DNA of 64,000 nt from Dasania phycosphaerae (lineage in GTDB: Bacteria > Pseudomonadota > Gammaproteobacteria > Pseudomonadales > Dasaniaceae): the NCBI RefSeq assembly GCF_026891035.1, contig NZ_JAPTGG010000008.1, forward strand, positions 157,497 through 221,496, in the 5' to 3' direction. Shown one piece after another: positions 1-10,390 of this stretch. Every line of letters begins with the position of its first letter. The stretch's first letter is position 1. A program made the translations under genes and the position numbers. Under the pieces are notes generated by a model, which did not search any database, was not told the origin of the DNA, and saw only the letters and a program-made list of their open reading frames with translations.

Positions 1-180
1 AAAAAGGCGATTTTTTTAAAAAAATAGAGAAAAAAACCTCAAAAAACTTTAGAAATTTCATTTTTTAGGCTAAGTATTAAGTGGATTTTTTAAAACTGTG
101 CATGCTTCTTATTTAATAAAACTAATCAACCCCTAAGAAGCTGTTGTAACGCACAAGGCCATTGTTGAGGAGAAGGTAAA

Positions 181-1065
181 ATGCCTAAAGCTAAAGCGAA
201 GAAAAAGCCTGCTGCGAAGAAACGCGTTGCAGCAAAAAAAGCACCAGCTAAAACTGTTGTCAGCCCTATGGTTGCGAAAGCACAAGAGGCTATAGATAAG
301 CTGAATAAATCCATTGCTGCCGAGCAGAAAAGCCAGTCTGCTTTACAGAAGAAAGCGGCAGCTGCTAAGAAGAAGGCAGCCAAATCAGGTAAGGCTGCAG
401 ATAAAAACGCTGCTAAGCGTGCCAGGGCAGCTACGGCTAAAGCCGCTGCTAAAATCAAAGCTTTGCGCGATAAGTCGGCTGATGCCAAGCTTAGGCTGAC
501 TAAAGCCAAGTCAGACGCTAAGGCTAAAGCCGCGGCAGCAGCTGTAGAAGCTACCCTAGCTAGCCGTGCGGCAGCGGCAGCGGCAGCGGATAATGCGGCT
601 CTAGCCAAAGCCGTTAAAGCCTTTGAAGCCAATTGGCTGAAGAAGCGTGCTGCAGCTAATAAGAAGAAGTTAGCCGCATTAGCTAAAAAGCTAAAAGCCA
701 AGGCCGCCGCAGCAGCTAAGAAAGAAGCTGCTAAGGTAGCCACAGCGGAGCGTAAAGCCGCCGCTAAAGCTAAAGCCGCCGCTAAAAAGGCAGCAGCCAA
801 AGCCAAAGCAGCGGAGCGCAAAGCTGCAGCCAAGGCCAAAGCCGCCGAGCGCAAGGCAGCAGCAAAAGCCAAGGCAGCAGCTAAAAAAGCCGCCGCTAAA
901 GCGAAAAAGAAAGCTGCACCTAAGAAAAAGGCTGCCAAGAAAAAAGCAGCCCCTAAGAAAAAGGCCGCTGCTAAGAAAAAAGCAGCTCCCAAGAAAAAGG
1001 CCGTCGCTAAGAAAAAACCAGCCAAGAAAAAGGCTGCTAAGCGTAAAGCCGCTAAGAAAAAGTAA
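181..1065 (+). CDS. Lys/Ala-rich histone H1-like nucleoid protein (AlgP/AlgR3-like); low-complexity AKKAAAK / KKAAPKKK repeats
   Basis: 294-aa ORF almost entirely A/K with repeated AAKAKAAERKAAAK and KKKAAPKKKAA units, typical of bacterial histone-H1-like/AlgP proteins; AT-rich A-tract promoter region upstream and a terminator immediately downstream. Confidence 0.8.
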   Translation: MPKAKAKKKPAAKKRVAAKKAPAKTVVSPMVAKAQEAIDKLNKSIAAEQKSQSALQKKAAAAKKKAAKSGKAADKNAAKRARAATAKAAAKIKALRDKSADAKLRLTKAKSDAKAKAAAAAVEATLASRAAAAAAADNAALAKAVKAFEANWLKKRAAANKKKLAALAKKLKAKAAAAAKKEAAKVATAERKAAAKAKAAAKKAAAKAKAAERKAAAKAKAAERKAAAKAKAAAKKAAAKAKKKAAPKKKAAKKKAAPKKKAAAKKKAAPKKKAVAKKKPAKKKAAKRKAAKKK

Positions 1066-1081
1066 TACTTAGCACTATCAT

Positions 1082-1116
1082 AAACCCCAGTTAGCCTTGC
1101 TACTGGGGTTTTTTAT
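1082..1116. terminator. Rho-independent terminator (ccccag...ctgggg stem then TTTTTT), probably bidirectional between the convergent H1-like gene and mobA
   Basis: Stem ccccag (1085-1090) / ctgggg (1103-1108) followed by T-run 1109-1114; lies between the stop of the + gene (1065) and the stop of the - gene (1100). Confidence 0.7.
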
Positions 1117-1696
1117 TGCCTGTTGCTAGCCGCTCAGGACTATTAATATTAAGAAATTGACCTCGCAAATCCGACAAGTCTGCTGCTTGCGCCCTATGTT
1201 GTTGCTGCCAATCCCGTACTCGCCGATTTCCCTGTTGCAAATAACGATTTAAGTTAGTGGCTACCGAGGTTTTTAGCAGGCAAAATAGATATTGGTCCCG
1301 TTCTCCATCATTAACATAGCTAATGTCACCATCGCTACTAAGTAAGCTATGGGTCAATCTGGCGACTAAATCAGGGGGTAATATAGGACTGTCACAGGGG
1401 CAAATAAGGCAGTAGTCAGTTTTAATATGGGGCAGGCAGCTGGCTATACCGGCTAAGGGGCCTTGAAAGTCGGTAAGCTGATCGCGAATACAGGGGTAAC
1501 CATACTGCTGATACTGTTCCAAGTTGCGATTACAGCTAATAACTATATCACTCACTTGCGGGCCTATTTGTGCAATGACATGACTAATCAGGGGCTGATC
1601 TTGCCACTGTACCAAGCCTTTATCACGGTATTGAAAACGGCGACCTTGGCCACCCGCTAAAATAATTGCACTAATATTATTGCGATCAATTTTCAT
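1100..1696 (-). CDS. mobA: Molybdenum cofactor guanylyltransferase MobA
   Basis: 198 aa; N-terminus ISAIILAGGQGRRF matches the MobA nucleotide-binding signature; size typical. Confidence 0.85.
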   Translation of the reverse strand: MKIDRNNISAIILAGGQGRRFQYRDKGLVQWQDQPLISHVIAQIGPQVSDIVISCNRNLEQYQQYGYPCIRDQLTDFQGPLAGIASCLPHIKTDYCLICPCDSPILPPDLVARLTHSLLSSDGDISYVNDGERDQYLFCLLKTSVATNLNRYLQQGNRRVRDWQQQHRAQAADLSDLRGQFLNINSPERLATGNKKPQ

Positions 1697-1806
1697 TATT
1701 TTGCCGTAAACTGCTTGTTGATAAAATCTCCGTGCTTTAGTTTACACCTAAATAGCTAGGCGCCCTAAGTCATTAACCCTTGTTGTAACGGTAGTTCATC
1801 ATAGCT

Positions 1807-3738
1807 GTGAAAAATTCTACAGATTATTCCTCGCTGCTAGGTGAGCATGGGCTGTTTGCTCAGCAGCTTAGTGATTTCGTTGATAGGCCCGGCCAGCTGC
1901 AAATGGCTGAACAGGTGGGCACGGCCATTAGCCAGCAACAAAACTGCGCGATAGAGGCACCATCGGGGCTAGGTAAAACCTGGGGCTATTTGATACCGGC
2001 GTTACTTAGCGGTAAAAAAACACTAATATCTACTGCAGGTCACTACCTACAAAAACAATTGTACTTACGCGATATTCCGCAAGTGCAGCAGTGTTTAGGC
2101 TTAAGTCGTTCAGTCGCTTTATTAAAAGGCCGCAGCAATTATTTATGCCCCTATTACCTAAAAAAACATATACAGGCTGCTGCTAAAAGTACAGCAGGGC
2201 AGATACGGCAAAGCCAACTTAGCCATATTTACCAGCAGCTACGTGAAACCGGCCAGGGTGATATCAGCGCTCTGGGGCTAGCTAGTGATTTGCGGCCTTA
2301 TTTAACCTGCGCCGCTGAAGAGTGCTTGGCCCAGCGCTGCCCTGATTTTAAAGCCTGCCCTTTATATAGAGCCCGCAGCCGTGCTGAACATGCTGATGTG
2401 GTAATCGTTAACCACAGTTTATTGCTGAGTTATGAAAATACCTCTGGCAATGCCTTAATCGCCCAGGCTGACACGGTGGTGGTGGACGAGGCGCACCGTT
2501 TATTGGCCTTGGCGCAGCAATCGGCCGGGCACAGCCTAAGCAGCCGACAGTTGCGGCAATTTATTCGGCAGCTGCTAAATACTTGTCAGCGTTGCACCGC
2601 TGAAGATGCTACGATTTTGCGTTACCTCAGCCAATTACAGCAGTGGTTACAGGCGTTAACATTACCCCCGGCTATCCCGTATCAGCGCGAGGCCCACCTA
2701 CATGTAGTACAGCAATTTATCCAAGTGTTTAAGCAGCTGCTCCCCTGGTTTAATATCGCCAAAGAGCGCGATCATCAATTAACTTTACTGGCGACGCAGG
2801 CGCAGTTGTTGTATCAAACCTTGCAGGCCATAGTCAGTGCTGAAGGGCTGTGCTGGGTGCAAAAGCAGGGCCGGGGCTTTGTACTGCAAAATACACCCGT
2901 GCATGTTTTAGATAAACTGAAAAAAACCATAGCGGCCTACCCACAGCACAGCTGGATACTCACTTCGGCAACTCTGTCTACCGGAACCGAACAGGCAGCG
3001 TTAGCAAGCGAAACCGTATTGCGGCGTACTGGCCTAACCCCACAGCAGTTTCACCGTTTAGCCAGCCCTTTTAATTATGCGCGGCAGGCACGTTTATATT
3101 TGCCCGCCATGCACAACAGCCCTGAACAAAAGGATTTTTACCAAGAGTTTAGTCAGCGCTTGGCTGAGTTTATAGCCCTATGTCCCGGTCGTGTATTAGT
3201 GTTGTTTAGCAGTTACCGGGCATTAAATAGTGTGGCTGAACAATTAGAGCTCGCTGAAAGGTCGCTGTTACAGCAGGCTAGACCCCAACAGGGAGGCGCT
3301 GATAATTACGCGCTACTAAAACAATTTATCGCCTTACCACAGGGCGTATTACTGGCCACTGGCGCTTTCTGGGAGGGGGTAGATTTATCGGGTGCGCCTT
3401 TATCGGCGGTGGTGATGGATAAACTGCCTTTTAGCTCGCCCACCGATCCTCTGAGTAAGTTGCGTAGCCATTATTTACAGCAGCACGGGGTGGATAGTTT
3501 TAATGAGTTTATGCTGCCCGAGGCGATTATTAAATTCCGTCAAGGTTGCGGCAGATTATTGCGGCGAGAAGGGGATAAGGGCGTTATAATGCTGGCCGAC
3601 AACAGGCTGCATACTAAGCCCTACGGTCAGCGTTTTTTAGAGACTTTAGCCAGCCTGCCGCAGTGTCAAAGCTTAGATCAGCTTGCCGCGTTTTTTAATG
3701 AACCAACGCCTAAACAATCAGCACGAATGAATTTATGA
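1807..3738 (+). CDS. ATP-dependent DNA helicase, DinG/YoaA (Rad3-like) family
   Basis: 643 aa with GLGKT Walker A, DEAH box (VVVDEAHRL) and the C-terminal helicase motifs typical of DinG/YoaA; GTG start. Confidence 0.85.
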   Translation: MKNSTDYSSLLGEHGLFAQQLSDFVDRPGQLQMAEQVGTAISQQQNCAIEAPSGLGKTWGYLIPALLSGKKTLISTAGHYLQKQLYLRDIPQVQQCLGLSRSVALLKGRSNYLCPYYLKKHIQAAAKSTAGQIRQSQLSHIYQQLRETGQGDISALGLASDLRPYLTCAAEECLAQRCPDFKACPLYRARSRAEHADVVIVNHSLLLSYENTSGNALIAQADTVVVDEAHRLLALAQQSAGHSLSSRQLRQFIRQLLNTCQRCTAEDATILRYLSQLQQWLQALTLPPAIPYQREAHLHVVQQFIQVFKQLLPWFNIAKERDHQLTLLATQAQLLYQTLQAIVSAEGLCWVQKQGRGFVLQNTPVHVLDKLKKTIAAYPQHSWILTSATLSTGTEQAALASETVLRRTGLTPQQFHRLASPFNYARQARLYLPAMHNSPEQKDFYQEFSQRLAEFIALCPGRVLVLFSSYRALNSVAEQLELAERSLLQQARPQQGGADNYALLKQFIALPQGVLLATGAFWEGVDLSGAPLSAVVMDKLPFSSPTDPLSKLRSHYLQQHGVDSFNEFMLPEAIIKFRQGCGRLLRREGDKGVIMLADNRLHTKPYGQRFLETLASLPQCQSLDQLAAFFNEPTPKQSARMNL

Positions 3739-4436
3739 AAATACTAGCCGTAGATAGCAGCACCGAGGCTTGCTCCGTTGCGCTACTCGATAGCCAATGC
3801 CGCGATGAAAGCGCTTTATTAGCGCTATATGAATTAGCACCTAGAGAACATAGCCAGCGATTACTGCCCATGGTTGATCAGTTATTGGCTGATGCGGGCA
3901 TAACTATACAGCAGCTAGACGCTATAGCCTTTGGTAAAGGCCCCGGTTCGTTTACCGGTTTACGAATTTGCCTAGGCTTAGTGCAGGGCTTGGCCTTTGG
4001 TGCTGATGTGCCAGTAGTGCCGGTGTCGTCCTTGCAAGCCTTGGCGCAAACCGCCCTAGATTTGGGCGAGGTGGATGAGCAGCAGCCAGTGATAGCCAGT
4101 ATTGATGCCCGTATGAGCGAGATTTATTGGTGTGCCTACCGCTGTGAACAAGGCCTAATGCAGCCGCTAATCGATGAGCAGCTCAGCGCCCCAGAAGCGT
4201 TTAAACAGCCGCAAGAGCTGCAGTCTTTTGCCGCCGTGGGTAGCGGCTGGCAATATAAAGAGCAAATGGCATATCAGGGCCTGCACTACTGCAATGATCA
4301 ATTGCTACCTCGAGCGTCAGCGGTCGCTAAATTAGCCCTGCATTATTATCAGACTGGCCTATATTGCGCAGCCGATAAGGCTCAGCCCAGCTATATACGT
4401 GACCAAGTGGCTTGGAAAAAAATCTCTGAGCAATAA
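3735..4436 (+). CDS. tsaB: tRNA threonylcarbamoyladenosine biosynthesis protein TsaB (YeaZ)
   Basis: 233 aa; MKILAVDSSTEACSVAL N-terminus and GPGSFTGLRI motif characteristic of TsaB; 4-bp overlap with the upstream helicase gene. Confidence 0.9.
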   Translation: MKILAVDSSTEACSVALLDSQCRDESALLALYELAPREHSQRLLPMVDQLLADAGITIQQLDAIAFGKGPGSFTGLRICLGLVQGLAFGADVPVVPVSSLQALAQTALDLGEVDEQQPVIASIDARMSEIYWCAYRCEQGLMQPLIDEQLSAPEAFKQPQELQSFAAVGSGWQYKEQMAYQGLHYCNDQLLPRASAVAKLALHYYQTGLYCAADKAQPSYIRDQVAWKKISEQ

Positions 4437-4487
4437 GCCTAAAGCCAATAAAAATAACCAAACAATAATACAGGGAGTCACTGAGTA

Positions 4488-5288
4488 GTGGACCAGTTAC
4501 AGATTATTTTGCTCGCTATAGTGCAAGGCCTTACCGAGTTTTTGCCTATATCCAGTTCCGGTCATTTGCTACTGCCAAAAGAACTGCTGGGTTGGCCAGA
4601 TCAGGGTCTAGCTTTTGATGTGGCTGTGCATGTGGGCTCATTAGCGGCGGTATTACTGTATTTTCGAAAAGACGTCATCAATTTATTACAAGCCTGGTTG
4701 GGCAATGTGGCCGGCAAGGCCGCCAGTGACGATAGCCGCTTAGCCTGGTGTGTAATAATTGCTACCTTGCCAGCGGGCCTAATAGGCTTGTTGGCCGATA
4801 GTTTTATAGAGCAACATTTACGTGGCATAGCCGTAGTTGCTAGCACCACAATACTTTTTGGCCTGCTCTTGGGTTGGGCAGACAAAACAGGTTCGCAAAG
4901 TAAAACCTTGCTTAGCATTAGCTGGCGGTTGGCTTTAATTATAGGTTTTGCCCAAGCGCTGGCCTTGATCCCCGGTACTTCGCGTTCAGGTATTACGATT
5001 ACAGCTGCCTTATTACTAGGGTTTAGCCGCGAGTCCTCAGCGCGATTTTCATTTTTATTATCTATACCGTTGATTGTGGCGGCCGGTGGCTTAAAAACAC
5101 TACAGTTAGCCAGCGCACCGAGCGCCGTGCCCTGGGGGGAGTTAATCACTGGTGCCGTGATTTCGGGTATTACTGCCTACCTGTGCATTTATTATTTTCT
5201 CAAACTGATAGACCGCATAGGTATGATGCCTTTTGTGTATTATCGGCTAGTGTTAGGCGTGGGGTTGCTAGCTATACTGTGGCTATAA
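4488..5288 (+). CDS. uppP: Undecaprenyl-diphosphate phosphatase UppP (BacA)
   Basis: 266 aa polytopic membrane protein with EFLPISSSGHL and PGTSRSG motifs of the UppP family. Confidence 0.9.
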   Translation: MDQLQIILLAIVQGLTEFLPISSSGHLLLPKELLGWPDQGLAFDVAVHVGSLAAVLLYFRKDVINLLQAWLGNVAGKAASDDSRLAWCVIIATLPAGLIGLLADSFIEQHLRGIAVVASTTILFGLLLGWADKTGSQSKTLLSISWRLALIIGFAQALALIPGTSRSGITITAALLLGFSRESSARFSFLLSIPLIVAAGGLKTLQLASAPSAVPWGELITGAVISGITAYLCIYYFLKLIDRIGMMPFVYYRLVLGVGLLAILWL

Positions 5289-5368
5289 GCTAGCAGGCTA
5301 GATTTACAGGGGCCGCAGGCTCAGCCTATAATACGGCCCAGATCGTTTTCTAAGCGAGTTTAACTACC

Positions 5369-5686
5369 GTGCAAATTGCTAACTCAACTATTAGCCCGCA
5401 AATACCCAGCGTTAGCGATAATGCTCAGCGCTCATTGCGCGATGCACCGCAGCAGCGGCCTAACTCCGATACCGTGCCCCCCACGGTAACTGAGTTTGAT
5501 AGCGAGGAGCTGCTGCAAAAACGCCTAGAGTTAAGCCGCGCCATTGCCGCCAGCCGTAGTGCCAATGAGATTGATCAACGTTTACCCCGCAGTAGCCAGC
5601 AGGCTATTAGAGCCTTTGAAAGCAATAAGCCCACCGTAGAGCAGCAATTGGGTGTGCAGCTAATTGGCATAGATACCTACGCCTAA
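5369..5686 (+). CDS. Hypothetical protein (105 aa, polar/Q-rich, no recognisable domain)
   Basis: ORF only; GTG start; weak resemblance to FlgM-size proteins, not convincing. Confidence 0.35.
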   Translation: MQIANSTISPQIPSVSDNAQRSLRDAPQQRPNSDTVPPTVTEFDSEELLQKRLELSRAIAASRSANEIDQRLPRSSQQAIRAFESNKPTVEQQLGVQLIGIDTYA

Positions 5687-5732
5687 GCGCTATGCCGCAG
5701 TCACTATTCTTCTTACTTTTTTTACCTGCCCA

Positions 5733-7049
5733 TTGGATGTCAGCATGCAAGAGCTAAACACGTTTAACCAAGACCTAATGGCGTTCCTGGCCGCTTCACC
5801 CACTCCTTTTCATGCGGTGTCTGAAATGGTCAGCCGTTTACAAGCCGCTGGCTATCAAGCCTTAAACGAGGCTGAGGCTTGGGATTTAACACCCCAAGGC
5901 CGCTATTACGTGGTGCGTAATGGCTCAGCTATTATTGCCTTTAGCAACTTAGGGGGCAGCCCGGTAGAAAATGGTTTTCGCATGGTGGGGGCACATACCG
6001 ACAGCCCTTGTTTGCGAGTAAAGCCCAACCCTGAGCTAAACCGTAATGGCTATTTTCAATTGGGCGTAGAGGTATACGGTGGGGCGCTATTAAATCCGTG
6101 GTTTGACCGGGATTTGTCACTGGCAGGGCGGGTTAGTTTCAAAACGAAAGCCGGTGATATTAAAAGCGCATTAATTAATTATGCCAAACCCATAGCCGTT
6201 ATCCCCAGCCTAGCGATTCATTTAGATAGAGAAGCTAACAATACCCGTAGTATAAACCCGCAAAAAGATATACCGCCTATAGTGATGCAGGCCGAAAACG
6301 ATCAACAAGATTTTCGCGCCATGTTATTAGCGCAGTTAAAAAAACAGCAGCCTAATAGCGATGCGGCAAAAATTTTAGATTATGAACTCAGTTTTTACGA
6401 TACCCAGCCACCCGCTATTATCGGTTTAGAGCAGGACTTTTTAGCCAGCGCTCGCTTGGATAATTTATTGTCTTGCTATATAGGTTTGCAGGCACTGCTA
6501 AGCAATCACGATCAAAATGCCCTATTGGTGTGCAATGACCACGAGGAAGTGGGTAGTGCCTCTAGCTGTGGTGCCGATGGCCCCATGCTTAAGTCGGTAT
6601 TAGAGCGCATAGTGCCCGATGCCGAACAGCTAACCCGGGCCTTGGATCGCTCTATGATGGTGTCGGCGGATAATGCCCACGGTATACACCCCAACTACGC
6701 CGACAGGCACGATGCCAATCACGGCCCACAACTAAACCGTGGCCCGGTGATTAAAATTAATCACAACCAGCGCTACGCGACCAACTCGGAAACCTCAGCC
6801 CTAATACGTCATTTAGCTGAGCAAATAGAGGTGCCCATACAAAGTTTTGTGGTGCGCACTGATATGGCTTGTGGCAGCACCATAGGTCCTATTACCGCCA
6901 GTGGCCTAGGGGTTAAAACCTTGGATATAGGCGTGCCCACTTTTGCTATGCATTCCATACGCGAACTGGCGGGCATCAATGACGGCCATTATTTATACCA
7001 ACTATTGGCTGCCTTTTATCAGCAGCACAGTGTTGCCATCGCTAATTAA
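5733..7049 (+). CDS. apeB: M18 family aminopeptidase (probable aspartyl aminopeptidase ApeB)
   Basis: 438 aa; [13 protein letters not shown] and later His/Asp metal-ligand blocks typical of M18 aminopeptidases. Confidence 0.85.
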   Translation: MDVSMQELNTFNQDLMAFLAASPTPFHAVSEMVSRLQAAGYQALNEAEAWDLTPQGRYYVVRNGSAIIAFSNLGGSPVENGFRMVGAHTDSPCLRVKPNPELNRNGYFQLGVEVYGGALLNPWFDRDLSLAGRVSFKTKAGDIKSALINYAKPIAVIPSLAIHLDREANNTRSINPQKDIPPIVMQAENDQQDFRAMLLAQLKKQQPNSDAAKILDYELSFYDTQPPAIIGLEQDFLASARLDNLLSCYIGLQALLSNHDQNALLVCNDHEEVGSASSCGADGPMLKSVLERIVPDAEQLTRALDRSMMVSADNAHGIHPNYADRHDANHGPQLNRGPVIKINHNQRYATNSETSALIRHLAEQIEVPIQSFVVRTDMACGSTIGPITASGLGVKTLDIGVPTFAMHSIRELAGINDGHYLYQLLAAFYQQHSVAIAN

Positions 7050-8134
7050 TGCGGCGCATTTTACTGCTTTCGGCCTATCACACCAATAGCCACAAGGCCT
7101 GGTGTGATGGCCTGATCAGCCAGTTTAGTGAGTATCATTGGACCTTGTTAAGTTTGCCCGACCGCTACTTTCGCTGGCGTATACGGGGTAACCCCTTGTC
7201 TTGGTATGAGTCACCGCTATTGGCTCAGCACTACGATTTAATTGTGGCTACCTCTATGGTGGATTTGGCGACCTTAAAAGGGCTACAGCCACAGTTAGCA
7301 GCTACCCCCAGTGTGCTGTACTTTCATGAAAACCAATTTGAATTTCCCGCCTCACAGCAGCAGCACGCTAGCGTAGACCCACAAATGGTGAACCTGTACA
7401 GCGCTATGGCCGCCAATACCCTGGCCTTTAACAGCCAGTGGAATCACGATAGTTTTTTTGCTGGGGTAGAGCGCTTATTCAACAAATTGCCCGATCAAAT
7501 GCCTCAGCACTTACTGGCCACCCTAGCCGCAAAAAGCACCGTGCTACCCGTAGCCATAGCCGATGATTTACAGCCTGTAGCTAGCAAAAAAACGCAGCCC
7601 TACACGCTAGTGTGGGCGGCGAGGTGGGAATACGACAAAGGCCCAGAGCGTTTATTGGCGGCCTTAGAGTTATTAGAAGCCAGCGGGCTAGACTACCGGC
7701 TCAATTTAATAGGCCCCCAATTTAGGCAGTTGCCTGTCGCTTTTGAGCACATTCAACAACATTTTCAGCACCGCTTACTGGCCGTGGGCTATCAAAACAG
7801 CAGGGCAGAGTATCTGGCGGTGCTGCAAAGCAGCGATGTGTTTATCAGTACCGCCATCCATGAGTTTCAAGGTTTGTCGGCGCTAGAGGCGGTAGCCTGT
7901 GGCTGCATACCGTTGGTGCCTGCACGCTTGTCCTATCCAGAACTATTTGCCCCCGAGTATTGCTACGACTCTAGTATCGATTCCATAGCGCAAGAGGCCA
8001 AAGCGCTAGTAGCTAAAATTATCGCTTTTAGCCAAGCCAGACCGCCGTTACCCAAGGTCCATGGCTGGCAGTGGCCACAGCTGCGGCTGCGCTATCAGGC
8101 CTTGCTGGATCAGGCCATACATAAAGCATCGTGA
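7049..8134 (+). CDS. DUF3524 + glycosyltransferase group-1 protein (GTDC1 / tRNA-queuosine mannosyltransferase-like)
   Basis: 361 aa; N-terminus [22 protein letters not shown] typical of DUF3524, C-terminal GT1-type fold (EFQGLSALEAVACGCIPLVP). Confidence 0.65.
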   Translation: MRRILLLSAYHTNSHKAWCDGLISQFSEYHWTLLSLPDRYFRWRIRGNPLSWYESPLLAQHYDLIVATSMVDLATLKGLQPQLAATPSVLYFHENQFEFPASQQQHASVDPQMVNLYSAMAANTLAFNSQWNHDSFFAGVERLFNKLPDQMPQHLLATLAAKSTVLPVAIADDLQPVASKKTQPYTLVWAARWEYDKGPERLLAALELLEASGLDYRLNLIGPQFRQLPVAFEHIQQHFQHRLLAVGYQNSRAEYLAVLQSSDVFISTAIHEFQGLSALEAVACGCIPLVPARLSYPELFAPEYCYDSSIDSIAQEAKALVAKIIAFSQARPPLPKVHGWQWPQLRLRYQALLDQAIHKAS

Positions 8135-8224
8135 AGGTATGGCGAGGCTAGGCCTGACTCTGTATCATTGCCGCCTCTATTTTCAGATTTTCACTTTCGC
8201 TCAGTTTTTTAGGTAAGTAGATTT

Positions 8225-9235
8225 ATGGCTAAGCAACGCGTATTAACGGGTATTACTACCACCGGCACTCCCCACTTGGGTAACTATGTAGGCGCAATAC
8301 GCCCTGCTATAGAGTCCAGCCGCGACAGTAATATTGACGCTTACTTTTTTTTAGCGGATTACCACGCGCTAATAAAATGTGGCGACCCAGCCAAGGTGCA
8401 GCAATCCACCAAAGAAATTGCCGCTACCTGGCTGGCCTTGGGCTTAGATACCGATAACACGACTTTCTATCGTCAGTCTGATGTACCCGAAGTCACCGAG
8501 CTAAGCTGGATACTGACCTGCTTAACCGCCAAAGGTTTAATGAACCGTGCCCATGCCTATAAAGCTGCCGTACAGGTAAATGAAGAAGAGGGCGAAGACC
8601 CCGATAAGGGCATTATGATGGGCTTGTTTAATTATCCCATTTTAATGGCTGCCGATATTCTCATGTTTAACGGTGAAAAAATTCCCGTAGGCAAAGACCA
8701 AATCCAGCATATAGAAATGGCTAGGGATATAGCGCAAAAATTTAATCATCACTACAAGCAAGAGGTATTCACCTTACCTGAAGCGGTAGTCGGCGAGGAT
8801 GCAGCCGTGCTCAGCGGTTTAGATGGCCGCAAAATGAGTAAAAGTTATAACAACACCATACCGTTGTTTTTGCCCGAGAAAAAATTACAAAAGCACATCA
8901 ATAAAATCAAAACGAATTTATTAGAGCCAGGCGAGCCTAAAGACGTAACTGATTCCACCGTCTTTGAAATTTGGCAGGCCTTTGCCAACCCCGAACAAGT
9001 GCAGTACATGCGTGAGCAATTTGCGCAAGGCATAGCCTGGGGGCAGGCCAAAAAAGAATTATTTGGCTTGATTAACGAGCAGCTTAGTGGTGCCAGAGAA
9101 CGCTACGAGGCACTGATGGCCGACGGTTCTTTTATAGAGCAAGAGCTACAAAAAGGCGCAGCTAAGGCGCGTGCTAGCGCCAGGCCTTTAATGGAAAAGG
9201 TACGCAAAGCAGCGGGTATAGCGCCTATTAGCTAA
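8225..9235 (+). CDS. trpS: Tryptophan--tRNA ligase
   Basis: 336 aa; [17 protein letters not shown] (HIGH-type) and KMSKS motifs. Confidence 0.92.
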   Translation: MAKQRVLTGITTTGTPHLGNYVGAIRPAIESSRDSNIDAYFFLADYHALIKCGDPAKVQQSTKEIAATWLALGLDTDNTTFYRQSDVPEVTELSWILTCLTAKGLMNRAHAYKAAVQVNEEEGEDPDKGIMMGLFNYPILMAADILMFNGEKIPVGKDQIQHIEMARDIAQKFNHHYKQEVFTLPEAVVGEDAAVLSGLDGRKMSKSYNNTIPLFLPEKKLQKHINKIKTNLLEPGEPKDVTDSTVFEIWQAFANPEQVQYMREQFAQGIAWGQAKKELFGLINEQLSGARERYEALMADGSFIEQELQKGAAKARASARPLMEKVRKAAGIAPIS

Positions 9236-9312
9236 TAGCGAGGCTAGCATTATTAGCGAAGTATTCTAAGCTGTAGGAAAATCGCCAGAAACCAGTAAGG
9301 GCTAATAACCCC

Positions 9313-10212
9313 ATGATAAACAGACCATTAGTTATAATATTAGCGCCTCACGCTCAGGCCGAAGCGCTAATGACAGATAAACTCGAAGATGAGTTTCATC
9401 TACTCAATGCTGAAACCATGGATGAGTTACTAGCCTTAGTCGGTGAAAGAAAACGCGTAGAAATGCTTCTGGTTTATACCGAAAGTTTGGCCGCCGATTG
9501 TGCGCAACTGCGTGCCAATGAGCAGTTGCGTGGCCTGCCTATTTTAGCTGTGGGCCGTTATGGCTCAGAGCAAATGCAGGATGAAGCTATTACCGCAGGT
9601 GCTATAGATTACATAGATGTAGGTAATGTTAGCGCTACTGTTTTAGAGGCTAGGGTGCGTTCCCTATATGAGCTAAAAGCCCGCGGTGATCAGCTAGCTG
9701 AAATTGCCCGGCTGGATGCGCTTACCGCTGTACCCAATCGCTATTACTTTGAAGAGGCCATAGATGTAGAGTGGCGCCGTTGTTGCCGCGAATTTAATGC
9801 CCTTACTTTAATTATGATAGATGTTGATGGTTTCACCGCTTTTAACGAGCATTACGGTGCTGGCGTGGGTGACAATTGTTTAAAGCGCATAGCCAAAGTG
9901 GTAGAAAATAACTGCCTGCGTGCCGCCGATGTGGTAGCGCGTTTTGATAGCGATGAGTTTGTGGTGCTATTGCCAGGCACAGAGTTTGAAAACGCGATGC
10001 GGGTAGGTGAAAATATTTGCCGTGCGGTAGCGGCTTTAGACTTAATACACGAATACTCCGATTGCTCAGATATCGTTACTGTAAGCATAGGAGTGGCTTC
10101 TATAGATCCTAGCCAGGATCAAGATTACAAATTGCTAGTCAATGAAGCTGAGGAAATGCTGCACAGCGCCCAACAACACGGCGGTAATCAGGCGTTGGGC
10201 GTAGCCTTATAA
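9313..10212 (+). CDS. Pseudo-receiver + degenerate GGDEF domain protein (A-site DSDEF instead of GG[DE]EF, I-site RAAD retained)
   Basis: 299 aa; GGDEF fold recognisable (LDALTAVPNRYYFEE ... IMIDVDGFTAFNEHYGAGVGD ... RAADVVARFDSDEFVVLLPGT) but with a non-canonical active-site motif; N-terminal REC-like domain lacks the usual phospho-acceptor Asp context. Confidence 0.75.
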   Translation: MINRPLVIILAPHAQAEALMTDKLEDEFHLLNAETMDELLALVGERKRVEMLLVYTESLAADCAQLRANEQLRGLPILAVGRYGSEQMQDEAITAGAIDYIDVGNVSATVLEARVRSLYELKARGDQLAEIARLDALTAVPNRYYFEEAIDVEWRRCCREFNALTLIMIDVDGFTAFNEHYGAGVGDNCLKRIAKVVENNCLRAADVVARFDSDEFVVLLPGTEFENAMRVGENICRAVAALDLIHEYSDCSDIVTVSIGVASIDPSQDQDYKLLVNEAEEMLHSAQQHGGNQALGVAL

Positions 10213-10390
10213 ACAAGCTTCTAAACACAGCCGCCGCAATGATTGTTTGGCCTGCATATCCAGGCCCTTCATCTCACTAATGCTAATACTGCCAGCCGCT
10301 AAAGCTTTGGCTAAGGTATTGGCATTAATCGCAATATTTATACGTGCCGGCGCTTGGCTCTTTTCATATTTATTCACTTTGTGCTCCTTA

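Noticed and set aside
126-1025. 299-aa minus-strand ORF (MAGFFLATAFFLGAAFF...) antisense to the Lys/Ala-rich gene
   Set aside because: It is the reverse-complement reading of a GCN/AAR-rich low-complexity coding region. It gives a Phe/Leu/Ala homopolymer-like product with no start context, so it is a spurious ORF.
4601-5149. 182-aa minus-strand ORF inside uppP
   Set aside because: It is fully embedded antisense to a well-supported membrane-protein gene. It has no RBS or independent support and is an overlap artefact.
5369-5686. Possible anti-sigma-28 factor FlgM
   Set aside because: Only size and polar composition match. No flagellar genes are nearby and the C-terminal sigma-28-binding helices are not recognisable. 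It is kept as a hypothetical protein.
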